From Nitrosopumilaceae archaeon (lineage in GTDB: Archaea; Thermoproteota; Nitrososphaeria; Nitrososphaerales; Nitrosopumilaceae): 32,000 nucleotides of DNA. Positions 1 to 8,387 of this stretch are shown piece by piece. The notes under the pieces are model-generated. The model was not told where the DNA came from. It saw nothing but the letters and a program-made list of their open reading frames with translations, and made no database searches. The stretch covers positions 7,652 through 39,651 of the forward strand of contig DATKYM010000045.1 in the NCBI GenBank assembly GCA_035528495.1. Direction: 5' to 3'. Numbering within the stretch: position 1 is the stretch's first letter; the number at the start of each line of letters is the position of its first letter. The translations under genes were made by a program, and so were the position numbers.

Positions 1-512
1 TAAATCTCTTTTCGTTGTCCATCAATTTGGGCAAACACTTTGCCTTCGTAATTACATGTACAATTAGTAATCGAAATGGATTCATCCCATATCTTGTAAA
101 ATTCTCTTAATTCTCTGCTTTCGTAAATTCCCAAACCTATTCTTTTCTTTGATAGAAATTTGAAGGCAAGAATTACGTTTCTCTTTTTATAAATGTCAAA
201 TATTTTGACCCACTTTAAACACCTTTCAATCTGATCTGCAGGTACGGGAAGTGACATACTAGTTCCTGATTTTGCTTCAATCGTAAAAATTGAACTTTCT
301 AGGGTATTTACGGCTAAAACATCAGGAAGTGCGGTGCTAGGAGATCCAAGCCTAAATGCGTTCCAATTCTCAACAGAGTTAAATCGTTTAACTATGGTGT
401 CCTCCCAATGATATCCTCTTTGTCTTCTAGTATGAGCTGCTTTTCCATGATTTTTTGATTTTTCTTTTTGTTTATTTTTTAAAAATGTAATAGTTCGAGA
501 TTCGGGTATCAA
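1..512 (-). CDS. Partial CDS (3' end runs off the left edge): PD-(D/E)xK nuclease resembling archaeal Holliday-junction resolvase Hjc
   Basis: Absent from the ORF track because no stop lies inside the window. The minus-strand frame is open from the in-frame TAA at 537-539 down to position 1. The first plausible start is TTG at 510-512; the first ATG is much further in. Hand translation: ...KNHGKAAHTRRQRGYHWEDTIVKRFNSVENWNAFRLGSPSTALPDVLAVNTLESSIFTIEAKSGTSMSLPVPADQIERCLKWV... The E / PD / E-x-K spacing (WED, LPDV, IEAK) is the Hjc-type pattern. The function call is from motif memory only. Confidence 0.5.
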   Translation of the reverse strand, partial: MIPESRTITFLKNKQKEKSKNHGKAAHTRRQRGYHWEDTIVKRFNSVENWNAFRLGSPSTALPDVLAVNTLESSIFTIEAKSGTSMSLPVPADQIERCLKWVKIFDIYKKRNVILAFKFLSKKRIGLGIYESRELREFYKIWDESISITNCTCNYEGKVFAQIDGQRKEI

Positions 513-596
513 TACCCTCTTTAATTTACTAATGATTTAGACAAGTAGGTAATAATGATATAACCTCATGCCATACTTTTGATTTACTTTATGGCA

Positions 597-917
597 TTAT
601 GACATTACAATCATTTTAAAAAAATATCTGTTATTAGTAATTCCACATTCAACAATTTCCACATCTCCATTTTTTCGTGGTGCTCCTGAAATTACTTCGC
701 CCATTAATTGAATAGAATTTTCAAATTTTGCAACACAAAAGTAGATTTTTTCTTTTTTTGAAAACTCAATTATGGTGCCAATACGTGAGCACTCCCGCCA
801 TGAGTTTTCATTTAAACACTGATTACAAAATTCTGAAGGTGGCCATACGATTATTTTACAATAATTACACTCTGAAATTAAAAAAATTCCTTTGTTTAAC
901 GCTTCTTCAAAATTCAA
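597..917 (-). CDS. DUF35-type zinc-ribbon/OB-fold protein (thiolase partner)
   Basis: 106-aa ORF. A CNYC...CNQC four-Cys ribbon is followed by an OB-fold-sized C-terminal half. ATGA overlap (914-917) with the upstream thiolase-like gene, the usual partner of DUF35 proteins. Confidence 0.8.
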   Translation of the reverse strand: MNFEEALNKGIFLISECNYCKIIVWPPSEFCNQCLNENSWRECSRIGTIIEFSKKEKIYFCVAKFENSIQLMGEVISGAPRKNGDVEIVECGITNNRYFFKMIVMS

Positions 918-2023
918 TTCTCTAAAACCAATATAGTCGATGATGTTGCGGCGGCTGCCATGTTATGAATTAGACCAACTTTTGCTTTATCTACCTGTCT
1001 TTTGCCTGCCTTTAATTGAAGTTGCTGGGTAATTTCTATAGTTTGAGATATCCCAGTTGCTCCCAACGGATGACCTGCTCCTAACAGTCCTCCACGTGGA
1101 TTAATTTTTGGACTTTCTGTTAAATATGACTCTTTAACCAATTTGATACCTTCCCCTGGTTTTGTAAATCCTATTGAATCCAATGCCATAGGTTCACAAA
1201 CTGAAAAAGCATCATGAATCTCCATTACATCGATATCCTTTTGGGACTTTTTGGACATTTGAAATGCACTTTTAGTTGCTTGTTTGGTTGATTCCATATG
1301 ATCAAATGTCTGATTTTTGGTAAAACTAGCAGATGTGGTTTTTTGTCCTATCCCTGTAATCCAAATCGGACTATCAGTAAATTTTTTACAAAACTTTTCT
1401 GATGTTAGTAAAATAGACGACCCCCCTGTACAAGGTCTTGAACAATCTAGTAATCTTAAATCATCTGTAAGTTTTTTAGAATTTAATACATCTTCCATAG
1501 AAACACCTTTTTGTGAGAAAGCAAATGGATTACTTTTTGAATGTTTGTGATTTTTAACGGATACAAAAGCCAGATCCTCATCAGTAATGCCATATTTTTT
1601 TTTATATGATTTTGAAAATATCGACGCCCAAAAAATAGGATGTTTAAATTCTCCTCTCAAATTGTCCCATTCCAAAATTTGACCTGGACTATCATATCTT
1701 TCTGCACCGGAAATTAAAACGACTTCTGCCAATCCTGATGCGATATAGGAATAAGCTGAGACAATTGAATTTGTTCCTGAATTACACAAGCTTTCAATAG
1801 AATGAGCTATTTTTGGCTGAATACCTGTCATTTCAGATAAAATAGCCGAAAGATATTTGGAATTATTATTTGTCGACACTAAAACTGAATCTATATCTTT
1901 TTGAGTTAGATTAGATGTGGAGTCAAATAGATTCTTGGTTGCTCTTAATAATACTGATTCTATTTTCAAATCTTCATTTGAAAATTTTGTCTGGCCATAT
2001 CCCACAATCGCAACTTTTGGCAT
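914..2023 (-). CDS. Thiolase-fold acyl-CoA acetyl/acyltransferase (SCP-x / archaeal thiolase-like)
   Basis: 369 aa. Active-site-type Cys context SLCNSGTNS near aa 80, C-terminal GHPLGATG and NMAAAATS. Substrate cannot be assigned by eye. Confidence 0.85.
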   Translation of the reverse strand: MPKVAIVGYGQTKFSNEDLKIESVLLRATKNLFDSTSNLTQKDIDSVLVSTNNNSKYLSAILSEMTGIQPKIAHSIESLCNSGTNSIVSAYSYIASGLAEVVLISGAERYDSPGQILEWDNLRGEFKHPIFWASIFSKSYKKKYGITDEDLAFVSVKNHKHSKSNPFAFSQKGVSMEDVLNSKKLTDDLRLLDCSRPCTGGSSILLTSEKFCKKFTDSPIWITGIGQKTTSASFTKNQTFDHMESTKQATKSAFQMSKKSQKDIDVMEIHDAFSVCEPMALDSIGFTKPGEGIKLVKESYLTESPKINPRGGLLGAGHPLGATGISQTIEITQQLQLKAGKRQVDKAKVGLIHNMAAAATSSTILVLEN

Positions 2024-2991
2024 TATTTTTCCTCAAAAAAGGTATTTGAAAATAATTTAAACGAATCAACTACATCTCCAATTGGGTTAAACTGCATAAT
2101 GGGCTGACTCACTCCTGTTTCCTTAATTTTTTGCAATTGATTTACACATGTTTCGGGGTCTCCTGTTACGGTCAAAGCATTTATCATTTGATCTGTAACT
2201 AACTCGTGATTTGAAGCAAATCCTGATTTTTTAAATTCCTCAAAAATGTTTCTAGTTTCATTTTGAAATCCATTTCCAGCTAAAAATTCTCTGTAAATTT
2301 TTCCAACCGATACATAAAATGCCAAGGTTTTTTTACATTTATCTATTGCCAATTCTGAGTCCTTGGAAACACATGTGATAAATTGACAAGCCACATCAAT
2401 TTTTCTTTTTGATTGCATAGTTTTAATTGTCTTTTTCATTTCATCTAGTGGTCTTAAATAGAATATTACGCCGTCTCCAACTTTCCATGTCAGTTCCACC
2501 ATTTGTTGATTTACTGCCGCAAGATAAATTGGGATTTTTTCTCTAGGCGCTTTGATTAACAAGGTAAAATTTTTCAAATTAAAAATTTCGCCCTTGTAAT
2601 TCACAGACTTGCCTGTCAAAATCAACTTAATGATTTCAACGTATTCTTTCATCCTTAAAACTGGATTTTTAAATTCAGTCCCATGAAAATCTTCCACTAT
2701 GGCAGTACTACTTGTCCCTAAACCTAAAATCAAGCGTCCGTTTGATATCGTATCTACTGTAACTGCGCCCATTGCAATGACTGCAGGGCTTCTTGAAAAG
2801 ATATTGATAATTGAGGATCCTATTTTTTGAGATTGAGCTTTCTGTGATACTGTACTTAACATTGAAAAATTTTCCATTCCCCATGTTTCAGGAATCCAAA
2901 TAGTTTCCACCGATGTTTTTGATAGAAATTGAGAGCAATCTAATACTTGGTTAATTGATAAAAGTGAGCCTAGACTGCAAGCTATTCTCAT
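2023..2991 (-). CDS. Luciferase-like monooxygenase (LLM) family flavin/F420-dependent oxidoreductase
   Basis: 322 aa, LLM-type pattern including NGRLILGLGTS. Its stop overlaps the thiolase start in TAATG (2021-2025). Cofactor not determinable from sequence. Confidence 0.7.
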   Translation of the reverse strand: MRIACSLGSLLSINQVLDCSQFLSKTSVETIWIPETWGMENFSMLSTVSQKAQSQKIGSSIINIFSRSPAVIAMGAVTVDTISNGRLILGLGTSSTAIVEDFHGTEFKNPVLRMKEYVEIIKLILTGKSVNYKGEIFNLKNFTLLIKAPREKIPIYLAAVNQQMVELTWKVGDGVIFYLRPLDEMKKTIKTMQSKRKIDVACQFITCVSKDSELAIDKCKKTLAFYVSVGKIYREFLAGNGFQNETRNIFEEFKKSGFASNHELVTDQMINALTVTGDPETCVNQLQKIKETGVSQPIMQFNPIGDVVDSFKLFSNTFFEEK

Positions 2992-3312
2992 AGACGATGT
3001 AATGTATATGTATATTCTAGTGTTTCCTTTAAATTATCTTTCTAGACGGTTTTATTCTCAAAAAAAAATATTTTTGGATTAATATAGTATATCTCTTTTA
3101 GCATTTGGTAAATTTTCATTGAGGTCTAATATTATCATCAGATTTTATAAATTAAATCAATGTGTGCCCAAATTTTAGATGAAAACCTTTCTGATGAAAA
3201 TGCCTTTTGGAGTACTGCTACAAAATATGCTGCATTAGCGAAAAACGATGAAAAATTTGTAAGCGAAATCGCCTACATGATGGTTACATTACATAGAACC
3301 GGGTCTTAAAAT

Positions 3313-3984
3313 TTATTTAATTATTTTATGAATGTTCAAAGAACACTCTTCTATATCTTTTAACGAATCTATGGAATACCATTCTATATTTCGAAATTTC
3401 ACAGTATTTAGTAGTCCTTTTTTTGCGTAATTTGGAAAAACAGTTTTTTCAATATCTCCTTTTTTCGGTAAATCTTTTAGAACATTTTTTTTTAAATGAT
3501 AAATTCCCGCATTCATCCAAACCTCTGGAATTTCTTTTTTTTCTCTAAATTTTATTACCTTGGCATCTCTTGTATCCATGATTCCAAATTTGGTTCGAAG
3601 CTCAATTGCAGCTATTGAATTTGGTGTCACTAATAATTTTTTAAGATCAATGTTGGTAATTATGTCTCCATTCATTACGATAAATGATTCATTTTTAATT
3701 AGATTACCTGCTTGTTTTATTGCTCCCCCAGTTCCAAGAGGTGTTTTTTCATTGGAAAATTTAATTTCCAATCCTAGGTTATTTTTTACAGAAAAATAAT
3801 TTTTAATCATTTGAGCCTTGTATCCTGAACATATTACTATCTTATCGACTCCAAATTTTTTTAAATATTTTATCTGCCATTCTATAATTGGAATGTTGTC
3901 CAAAGGAATTAGTGGTTTTGGAACATAATCCGTTATTGGTTTTAGGCGTTTTCCTTGTCCGCCAGCTAAAATTATTGCTTCCAC
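3313..3984 (-). CDS. Sugar-1-phosphate nucleotidylyltransferase (NTP_transferase family)
   Basis: 223 aa. N-terminal ILAGGQGKRLKPIT..VPKPLIP signature of the nucleotidyltransferase fold. Specificity unknown. Confidence 0.85.
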   Translation of the reverse strand: MEAIILAGGQGKRLKPITDYVPKPLIPLDNIPIIEWQIKYLKKFGVDKIVICSGYKAQMIKNYFSVKNNLGLEIKFSNEKTPLGTGGAIKQAGNLIKNESFIVMNGDIITNIDLKKLLVTPNSIAAIELRTKFGIMDTRDAKVIKFREKKEIPEVWMNAGIYHLKKNVLKDLPKKGDIEKTVFPNYAKKGLLNTVKFRNIEWYSIDSLKDIEECSLNIHKIIK

Positions 3985-4097
3985 TGTTTAACCCTACTTT
4001 GAAGTTTTTATATCTTTTATTTTTTGGTTTTAAAAATGATTTTTCTCTTTAGAATGCTTTGAAAAACAATTATTCTAAAAAATAAAAAGCAGATAGT

Positions 4098-4247
4098 CTA
4101 ATTGACTATAGTTTTAATTGTGCCCCATTTAAGGGCAAATTCTTCTTTAGTGATTTTAATTCTAGATTTACACTTGAGACATCTTCGGATTTTAGTGGCC
4201 TTAGAATATCTCCAAAGATGAGCTTCTCCTTTTTGAGTACATTTCAT
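4098..4247 (-). CDS. Unlisted 49-aa mini-ORF, basic, possible C-H-C-C zinc-ribbon protein
   Basis: Hand translation base by base: MKCTQKGEAHLWRYSKATKIRRCLKCKSRIKITKEEFALKWGTIKTIVN, ATG at 4245-4247, TAG at 4098-4100. Below the ORF-track length cut-off. Cys3/His10/Cys23/Cys26. Sits in an otherwise empty 298-bp gap. Confidence 0.35.
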   Translation of the reverse strand: MKCTQKGEAHLWRYSKATKIRRCLKCKSRIKITKEEFALKWGTIKTIVN

Positions 4248-4282
4248 ACAATTCTAATTTTTTAACGACCTTAAGAATATTG

Positions 4283-4492
4283 TTAATTAAACAATTCTAA
4301 TTCTTGCAAGATTTTACCCATAGAATGTTTCCATTGCCTCATTCCGTCTATGTCTGATGGTCTATTACCTTCCAATTCTTCTTTTTCCTTTATTAGTTCC
4401 AAATACCTTTTATTCTCAATTCTATCCATTTTGTTCATTTTTTGTATTAGGCGTTGACATAAAAATTTTATATAATTAATTTTTCCAATCAA
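4283..4492 (-). CDS. Hypothetical small protein (69 aa, or 51 aa from the internal MNKMDRIE start)
   Basis: ORF-track entry only: charged, helical-looking sequence with no recognisable motif. Confidence 0.4.
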   Translation of the reverse strand: MIGKINYIKFLCQRLIQKMNKMDRIENKRYLELIKEKEELEGNRPSDIDGMRQWKHSMGKILQELELFN

Positions 4493-4599
4493 TTCTTAGA
4501 GTAATTGAATTTCTTGATTATTGACCTACACACCTCTTTCTTGGAACTTAAAAATGGCCAGTCTATATGTCAAAAAATACTAATACCTTTAATAATATT

Positions 4600-4725
4600 T
4601 TAATTTTTTTCTGTCAGATAATAGTGAAGTTCTGTATAGCAATCTTTACAATATTCTTCAAACTCTGTATGTTCACAGTCATATACTTTAGAAGTGTTCC
4701 TGTCACATTTTGTGCAATTCGTCAT
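4600..4725 (-). CDS. Unlisted 41-aa CxxC...CxxC zinc-ribbon mini-protein
   Basis: Hand translation: MTNCTKCDRNTSKVYDCEHTEFEEYCKDCYTELHYYLTEKN. The ATG (4723-4725) directly abuts the TAA stop (4726-4728) of the upstream membrane-protein gene. Cys4/Cys7 and Cys26/Cys29 pairs. Confidence 0.45.
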   Translation of the reverse strand: MTNCTKCDRNTSKVYDCEHTEFEEYCKDCYTELHYYLTEKN

Positions 4726-5163
4726 TTATGCAACCTTTGCTTGAGATTTTCTAATTTTTATTATTCCCAGGACTATGATGATGGTACCGATTGCAATCAA
4801 AGTTCCACCCTCTCCTAGCATTCTAGTATTGTTTTCGGATTCTAATGAACTAGACATGGAAATTGCACCTCCGATTATTATCAAAATACCTGTTATTATC
4901 AACATAATTCCTAAGCCTTTGAATGGGGGTTTTTTATATATGAAGAATGCAATAAACGATAAAATTATTGGAGGGAATCCAAATCCAATTCCACGAGTCA
5001 TTGCATCAAATGGTAAGAACCCCTCACCTGCTCCTCCTCCTCCAACAATTACATCTGCTCCATAAATGACCAAAAGTATTATTGATATTCCAGAAAGTAC
5101 ATGCGGGATTGAAACCATGATTGATGTTCTTTGGAAATTATTAATAAACCTATGATGTGCCAA
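4726..5163 (-). CDS. Small integral membrane protein (about 4 predicted TM helices, Gly-rich)
   Basis: 145 aa with long hydrophobic/Gly-rich runs (ILLVIYGADVIVGGGGAGEG, GFGFPPIILSFIAFFIY, GIMLIITGILIIIGGAI, LIAIGTIIIVLGII). No family recognised. Confidence 0.7.
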   Translation of the reverse strand: MAHHRFINNFQRTSIMVSIPHVLSGISIILLVIYGADVIVGGGGAGEGFLPFDAMTRGIGFGFPPIILSFIAFFIYKKPPFKGLGIMLIITGILIIIGGAISMSSSLESENNTRMLGEGGTLIAIGTIIIVLGIIKIRKSQAKVA

Positions 5164-5179
5164 ATCTTGTTCTGGTCAC

Positions 5180-6325
5180 TTAGGTTAATGCATTAATTTG
5201 GAGTTTTTCTTTAAGACTTTCCAATTTTTGCAATAGGTAATCTGTAGATTCTCCTGGGTTTCCAACTAAATTAATATGCCCTAATTTTCTTAAGGGCTTT
5301 GATATTTTTTTTCCATACATTTTAAGAAAAACATTTTTCTCGGAAATATTAATTGGAATATATTCACCTTCAAAATCTTTTGATCCTAGAATATTATACA
5401 TAACTGTCGAGTGCAATAGTTTTACACCGCCTAATTCCAAACCCAATATTGCTCTTAAATGTTGATCAAATTGTGATGTTTCACTTGACTGTAACGTATG
5501 ATGACCCGAATTGTGAACTCTAGGTGCAATTTCATTGATTAAAATATTATCCTCCTCGGTAACAAACATTTCAATCCCGAATACTCCTGCCCCTTTAAGG
5601 ATAGTGATGGTTTTTTTTGCAATTTCTTCAGTTTTGTTAGATATTCCTTTAGATACTCTTGCGGGAGCTATGGTCTCTCGGAGAATATTATTTTCATGAA
5701 TGTTTTCGACTAGAGGAAATGTTTTGATTTGTCCTTTTGTGTTTCTTACTGCAATTACAGATACCTCCATTTTAAATCGCACAAATTTTTCAAGTATTAA
5801 ATTTTGACCTTTAAAATAATCAAACCCTTTTTGGATATCATTAAAAGAATTTATTTTAAAATTACCTTTTCCATCATATGCATCTCGTCGAGCTTTTAAC
5901 AAAGATGGGTATCCAAATTTTGCAATTCCTTGTTCTAAATCATTAACAGAATTAATCTGAATGAATTCAGGGGTGGGGATTTTATTTTCTAATAGAAACC
6001 TTTTTTGCAACAATTTATCTTGGATTATCTTCAAGGATTCGGGGGATGGATTTACCTCTACCATAATTTGAACTGACTTTAAAACATCGCTGTCACCTGA
6101 TTCAATTTCATAGGTTATAATATCTGATTTTTTGGCTAATTCCTGAATCGCTTTTTGATCTTTAAAATCAGCGATAATTTGTTCTGCCCCTACCTGAGTT
6201 GCAGGACAATTTTCAGTAGGATCAAGGACTATTATTTTGGATATCTCCTGAGGCATTTTTTTGGCAGCTTCTGTAAGCATCATTCCTAGTTGACCACCAC
6301 CAATAATGCCTAAAATTTTGCCCAT
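5180..6325 (-). CDS. purK: N5-carboxyaminoimidazole ribonucleotide synthase (ATP-grasp)
   Basis: 381 aa. N-terminal ILGIIGGGQLGMM, ATP-grasp body, NEIAPRVHNSGHHT motif typical of PurK. Divergent from purE. Confidence 0.9.
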   Translation of the reverse strand: MGKILGIIGGGQLGMMLTEAAKKMPQEISKIIVLDPTENCPATQVGAEQIIADFKDQKAIQELAKKSDIITYEIESGDSDVLKSVQIMVEVNPSPESLKIIQDKLLQKRFLLENKIPTPEFIQINSVNDLEQGIAKFGYPSLLKARRDAYDGKGNFKINSFNDIQKGFDYFKGQNLILEKFVRFKMEVSVIAVRNTKGQIKTFPLVENIHENNILRETIAPARVSKGISNKTEEIAKKTITILKGAGVFGIEMFVTEEDNILINEIAPRVHNSGHHTLQSSETSQFDQHLRAILGLELGGVKLLHSTVMYNILGSKDFEGEYIPINISEKNVFLKMYGKKISKPLRKLGHINLVGNPGESTDYLLQKLESLKEKLQINALT

Positions 6326-6424
6326 GTTGAGGTCATAAGTCGACGATTAAAAATAGCTAATGTTTTTTTGTACGTCTTTGTCGTTTATTTTTTATTTGTT
6401 AAAGATAATAACTGATAATTATCG

Positions 6425-7009
6425 TTGATAGATATGAGTTATTCCAAAAAACCCCTGGTCGGAATTATTATGGGGTCTAGTTCTGATAGCCGAATCATGA
6501 ATGGTGCAGCAAAAATTCTTGATCAATTTAAAATCAAGCATGAGGATCAAATTATTTCTGCCCATCGAACACCATCCCGTTTATCTGAATATGCGGAACA
6601 TGCAGAAAAAATGGGTTTTAAAATAATTATTGCCGGTGCTGGTGGCGCCGCTCATTTACCTGGAATGATTGCATCTCACACTATAATTCCAGTTATTGGA
6701 GTCCCAATCCTAGTATACAATGATAAGCAAGTAAAGAAAACTGAGAAATCAAAATTTTCAGCATTTGGAGGTTTAGATTCCCTACTTTCAATATCTGAAA
6801 TGCCTACGGGTTCACCTGTTGTGGCAGTCGGCATAAATAAATCTGAAAATGCAGGAATTTATGCAATAAAAATTTTAGCAAATGAATCCTCTGAACTAAA
6901 AACCAAATTAAAACAACATAAATTTACTCAACATAAATCCGTCCTCAAGGAATCCGAAGAACTAAAAAAACTAGGCCTTTCAAAATTTGTCAAAAAAAAA
7001 CTCAAGTAA
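6425..7009 (+). CDS. purE: N5-CAIR mutase (class I PurE)
   Basis: VGIIMGSSSD, SAHRTP and AGAGGAAHLPGM motifs. The track ORF starts at TTG 6425; the ATG at 6434 (MSYSKK) is the likelier start. Carries an extra Lys-rich loop (see findings). Confidence 0.9.
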   Translation: MIDMSYSKKPLVGIIMGSSSDSRIMNGAAKILDQFKIKHEDQIISAHRTPSRLSEYAEHAEKMGFKIIIAGAGGAAHLPGMIASHTIIPVIGVPILVYNDKQVKKTEKSKFSAFGGLDSLLSISEMPTGSPVVAVGINKSENAGIYAIKILANESSELKTKLKQHKFTQHKSVLKESEELKKLGLSKFVKKKLK

Positions 7010-8252
7010 GTAATCTAAATATGATGTTCTTTTTTTGAAAAGATTCAATTAGTTTGTCAGATTGTTCTTTGCCGGCAGTTTCTAAACTTAAGGTAACTGA
7101 TGCAGATCCCGCACCTATATTTGAGCTTAGTCTGTCATGAACTACTTCTACAATATTTGCATTAGCGGCACTAATCTCATCTACAATCTCCTTGAAGGCC
7201 CCTGGTCTGTCAGGTAACAAAACCGATATTTTCAGTAGCCTTCCCATGGCTGCCAGCCCTTTATCCACAATTTGTCCAAGTAAGTACATGTCTATATTAC
7301 CTCCAGCTAGAATCGATACAACTTTTTTTCCAGGCGAAGGTTTTTTGGAAATTAAGTATGCTAACCCAACTGCTCCTGCAGGTTCGATTACTACCTTCAT
7401 TCTCTCCATGAGCAAAAACATTGCCTTAATTATGTCCGAATCATCTACTAAAACAATATCATCAATTAATTCCTTAATTATTGAAAATGTTGTTTGTCCT
7501 GGAACCTTGACTGATATTCCATCTGCAATAGTTCTTGCACCACCTGCGCTGGTAATAGAACCTTTTTTCCATGATTCATACATTGATGGAAATGATCTTG
7601 ATTGAACCCCAATTATTTTTACATTTGGATGTGTTGTTTTGATTGCAATTAATACTCCTGCAGCCAATCCTCCGCCCCCAATTGGCAAATACACTTCTTC
7701 AACATCTGGCATCTGTTCCAAAATTTCTAATCCGATAACTCCTTGACCTGCAATAATTTCAGGATCATCAAATGCAGGAATTAGAATTGCTCCTGTTTTG
7801 TTTGCTATTTCTTTTGCCTTTGTAGATGCTTCATCATAATTTGTACCCTCTAAAACCACTTCAGCTCCATATCCTTTTGTTGCAGATACTTTGGCAGGTG
7901 ATGCATTTTTTGGCATCACAATTGTACATTTTATTTTCTCAGCATTAGCAGCATATGCAACTCCTTGCGCATGATTACCAGCAGATGCTGCAATCACCCC
8001 TTTTTGTTTTTCCTCCTCTTTAAGATTTAGGATTTTATTATACGCTCCTCTGATTTTGAAAGCACCAGTTTTTTGTTGAAATTCAGATTTTAGAAAAACT
8101 TTGGATCCACTTAACATACTAAAGGTCGGAGAATAGATAAGTGATGTTTTTCGTATTTTATCACTTTTCATCTTGTCTGCTCGTAATATGTCCTCATAAG
8201 TTGGAGTCATTTGCGATGTTCCTATTTTGCCGACATATTTGACTTCTTCCAT
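7002..8252 (-). CDS. ilvA: Threonine ammonia-lyase (PLP-dependent threonine dehydratase) with C-terminal ACT-like domain
   Basis: 416 aa. PLP-lysine context QQKTGAFKIRGA, then SAGNHAQGVAYAA, glycine loop PIGGGGLAAG, and a C-terminal ~75-aa regulatory-type domain (LLKISVLLPDRPGAFKEI...). Biosynthetic versus catabolic type not distinguishable by eye. Confidence 0.9.
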   Translation of the reverse strand: MEEVKYVGKIGTSQMTPTYEDILRADKMKSDKIRKTSLIYSPTFSMLSGSKVFLKSEFQQKTGAFKIRGAYNKILNLKEEEKQKGVIAASAGNHAQGVAYAANAEKIKCTIVMPKNASPAKVSATKGYGAEVVLEGTNYDEASTKAKEIANKTGAILIPAFDDPEIIAGQGVIGLEILEQMPDVEEVYLPIGGGGLAAGVLIAIKTTHPNVKIIGVQSRSFPSMYESWKKGSITSAGGARTIADGISVKVPGQTTFSIIKELIDDIVLVDDSDIIKAMFLLMERMKVVIEPAGAVGLAYLISKKPSPGKKVVSILAGGNIDMYLLGQIVDKGLAAMGRLLKISVLLPDRPGAFKEIVDEISAANANIVEVVHDRLSSNIGAGSASVTLSLETAGKEQSDKLIESFQKKNIIFRLLT

Positions 8253-8387
8253 AAAAAAATCACAATTTAATCAATTTTTACGAATAGATGCAAAAATCGT
8301 TCTCGAGGAAACAAAATTCCCTTAAACCTCCTTTAAACATTAAACTTGATATTTAATCTTAAAGTCTTCAAGGCGATTAAAATAAAA

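Noticed and set aside
3160-3309. A 49-aa plus-strand ORF (MCAQILDENLSDENAFWSTATKYAALAKNDEKFVSEIAYMMVTLHRTGS) in the gap between two minus-strand genes.
   Set aside because: It has no motif, no obvious promoter geometry and no coupling to neighbours. I cannot separate it from a chance ORF without comparative data.
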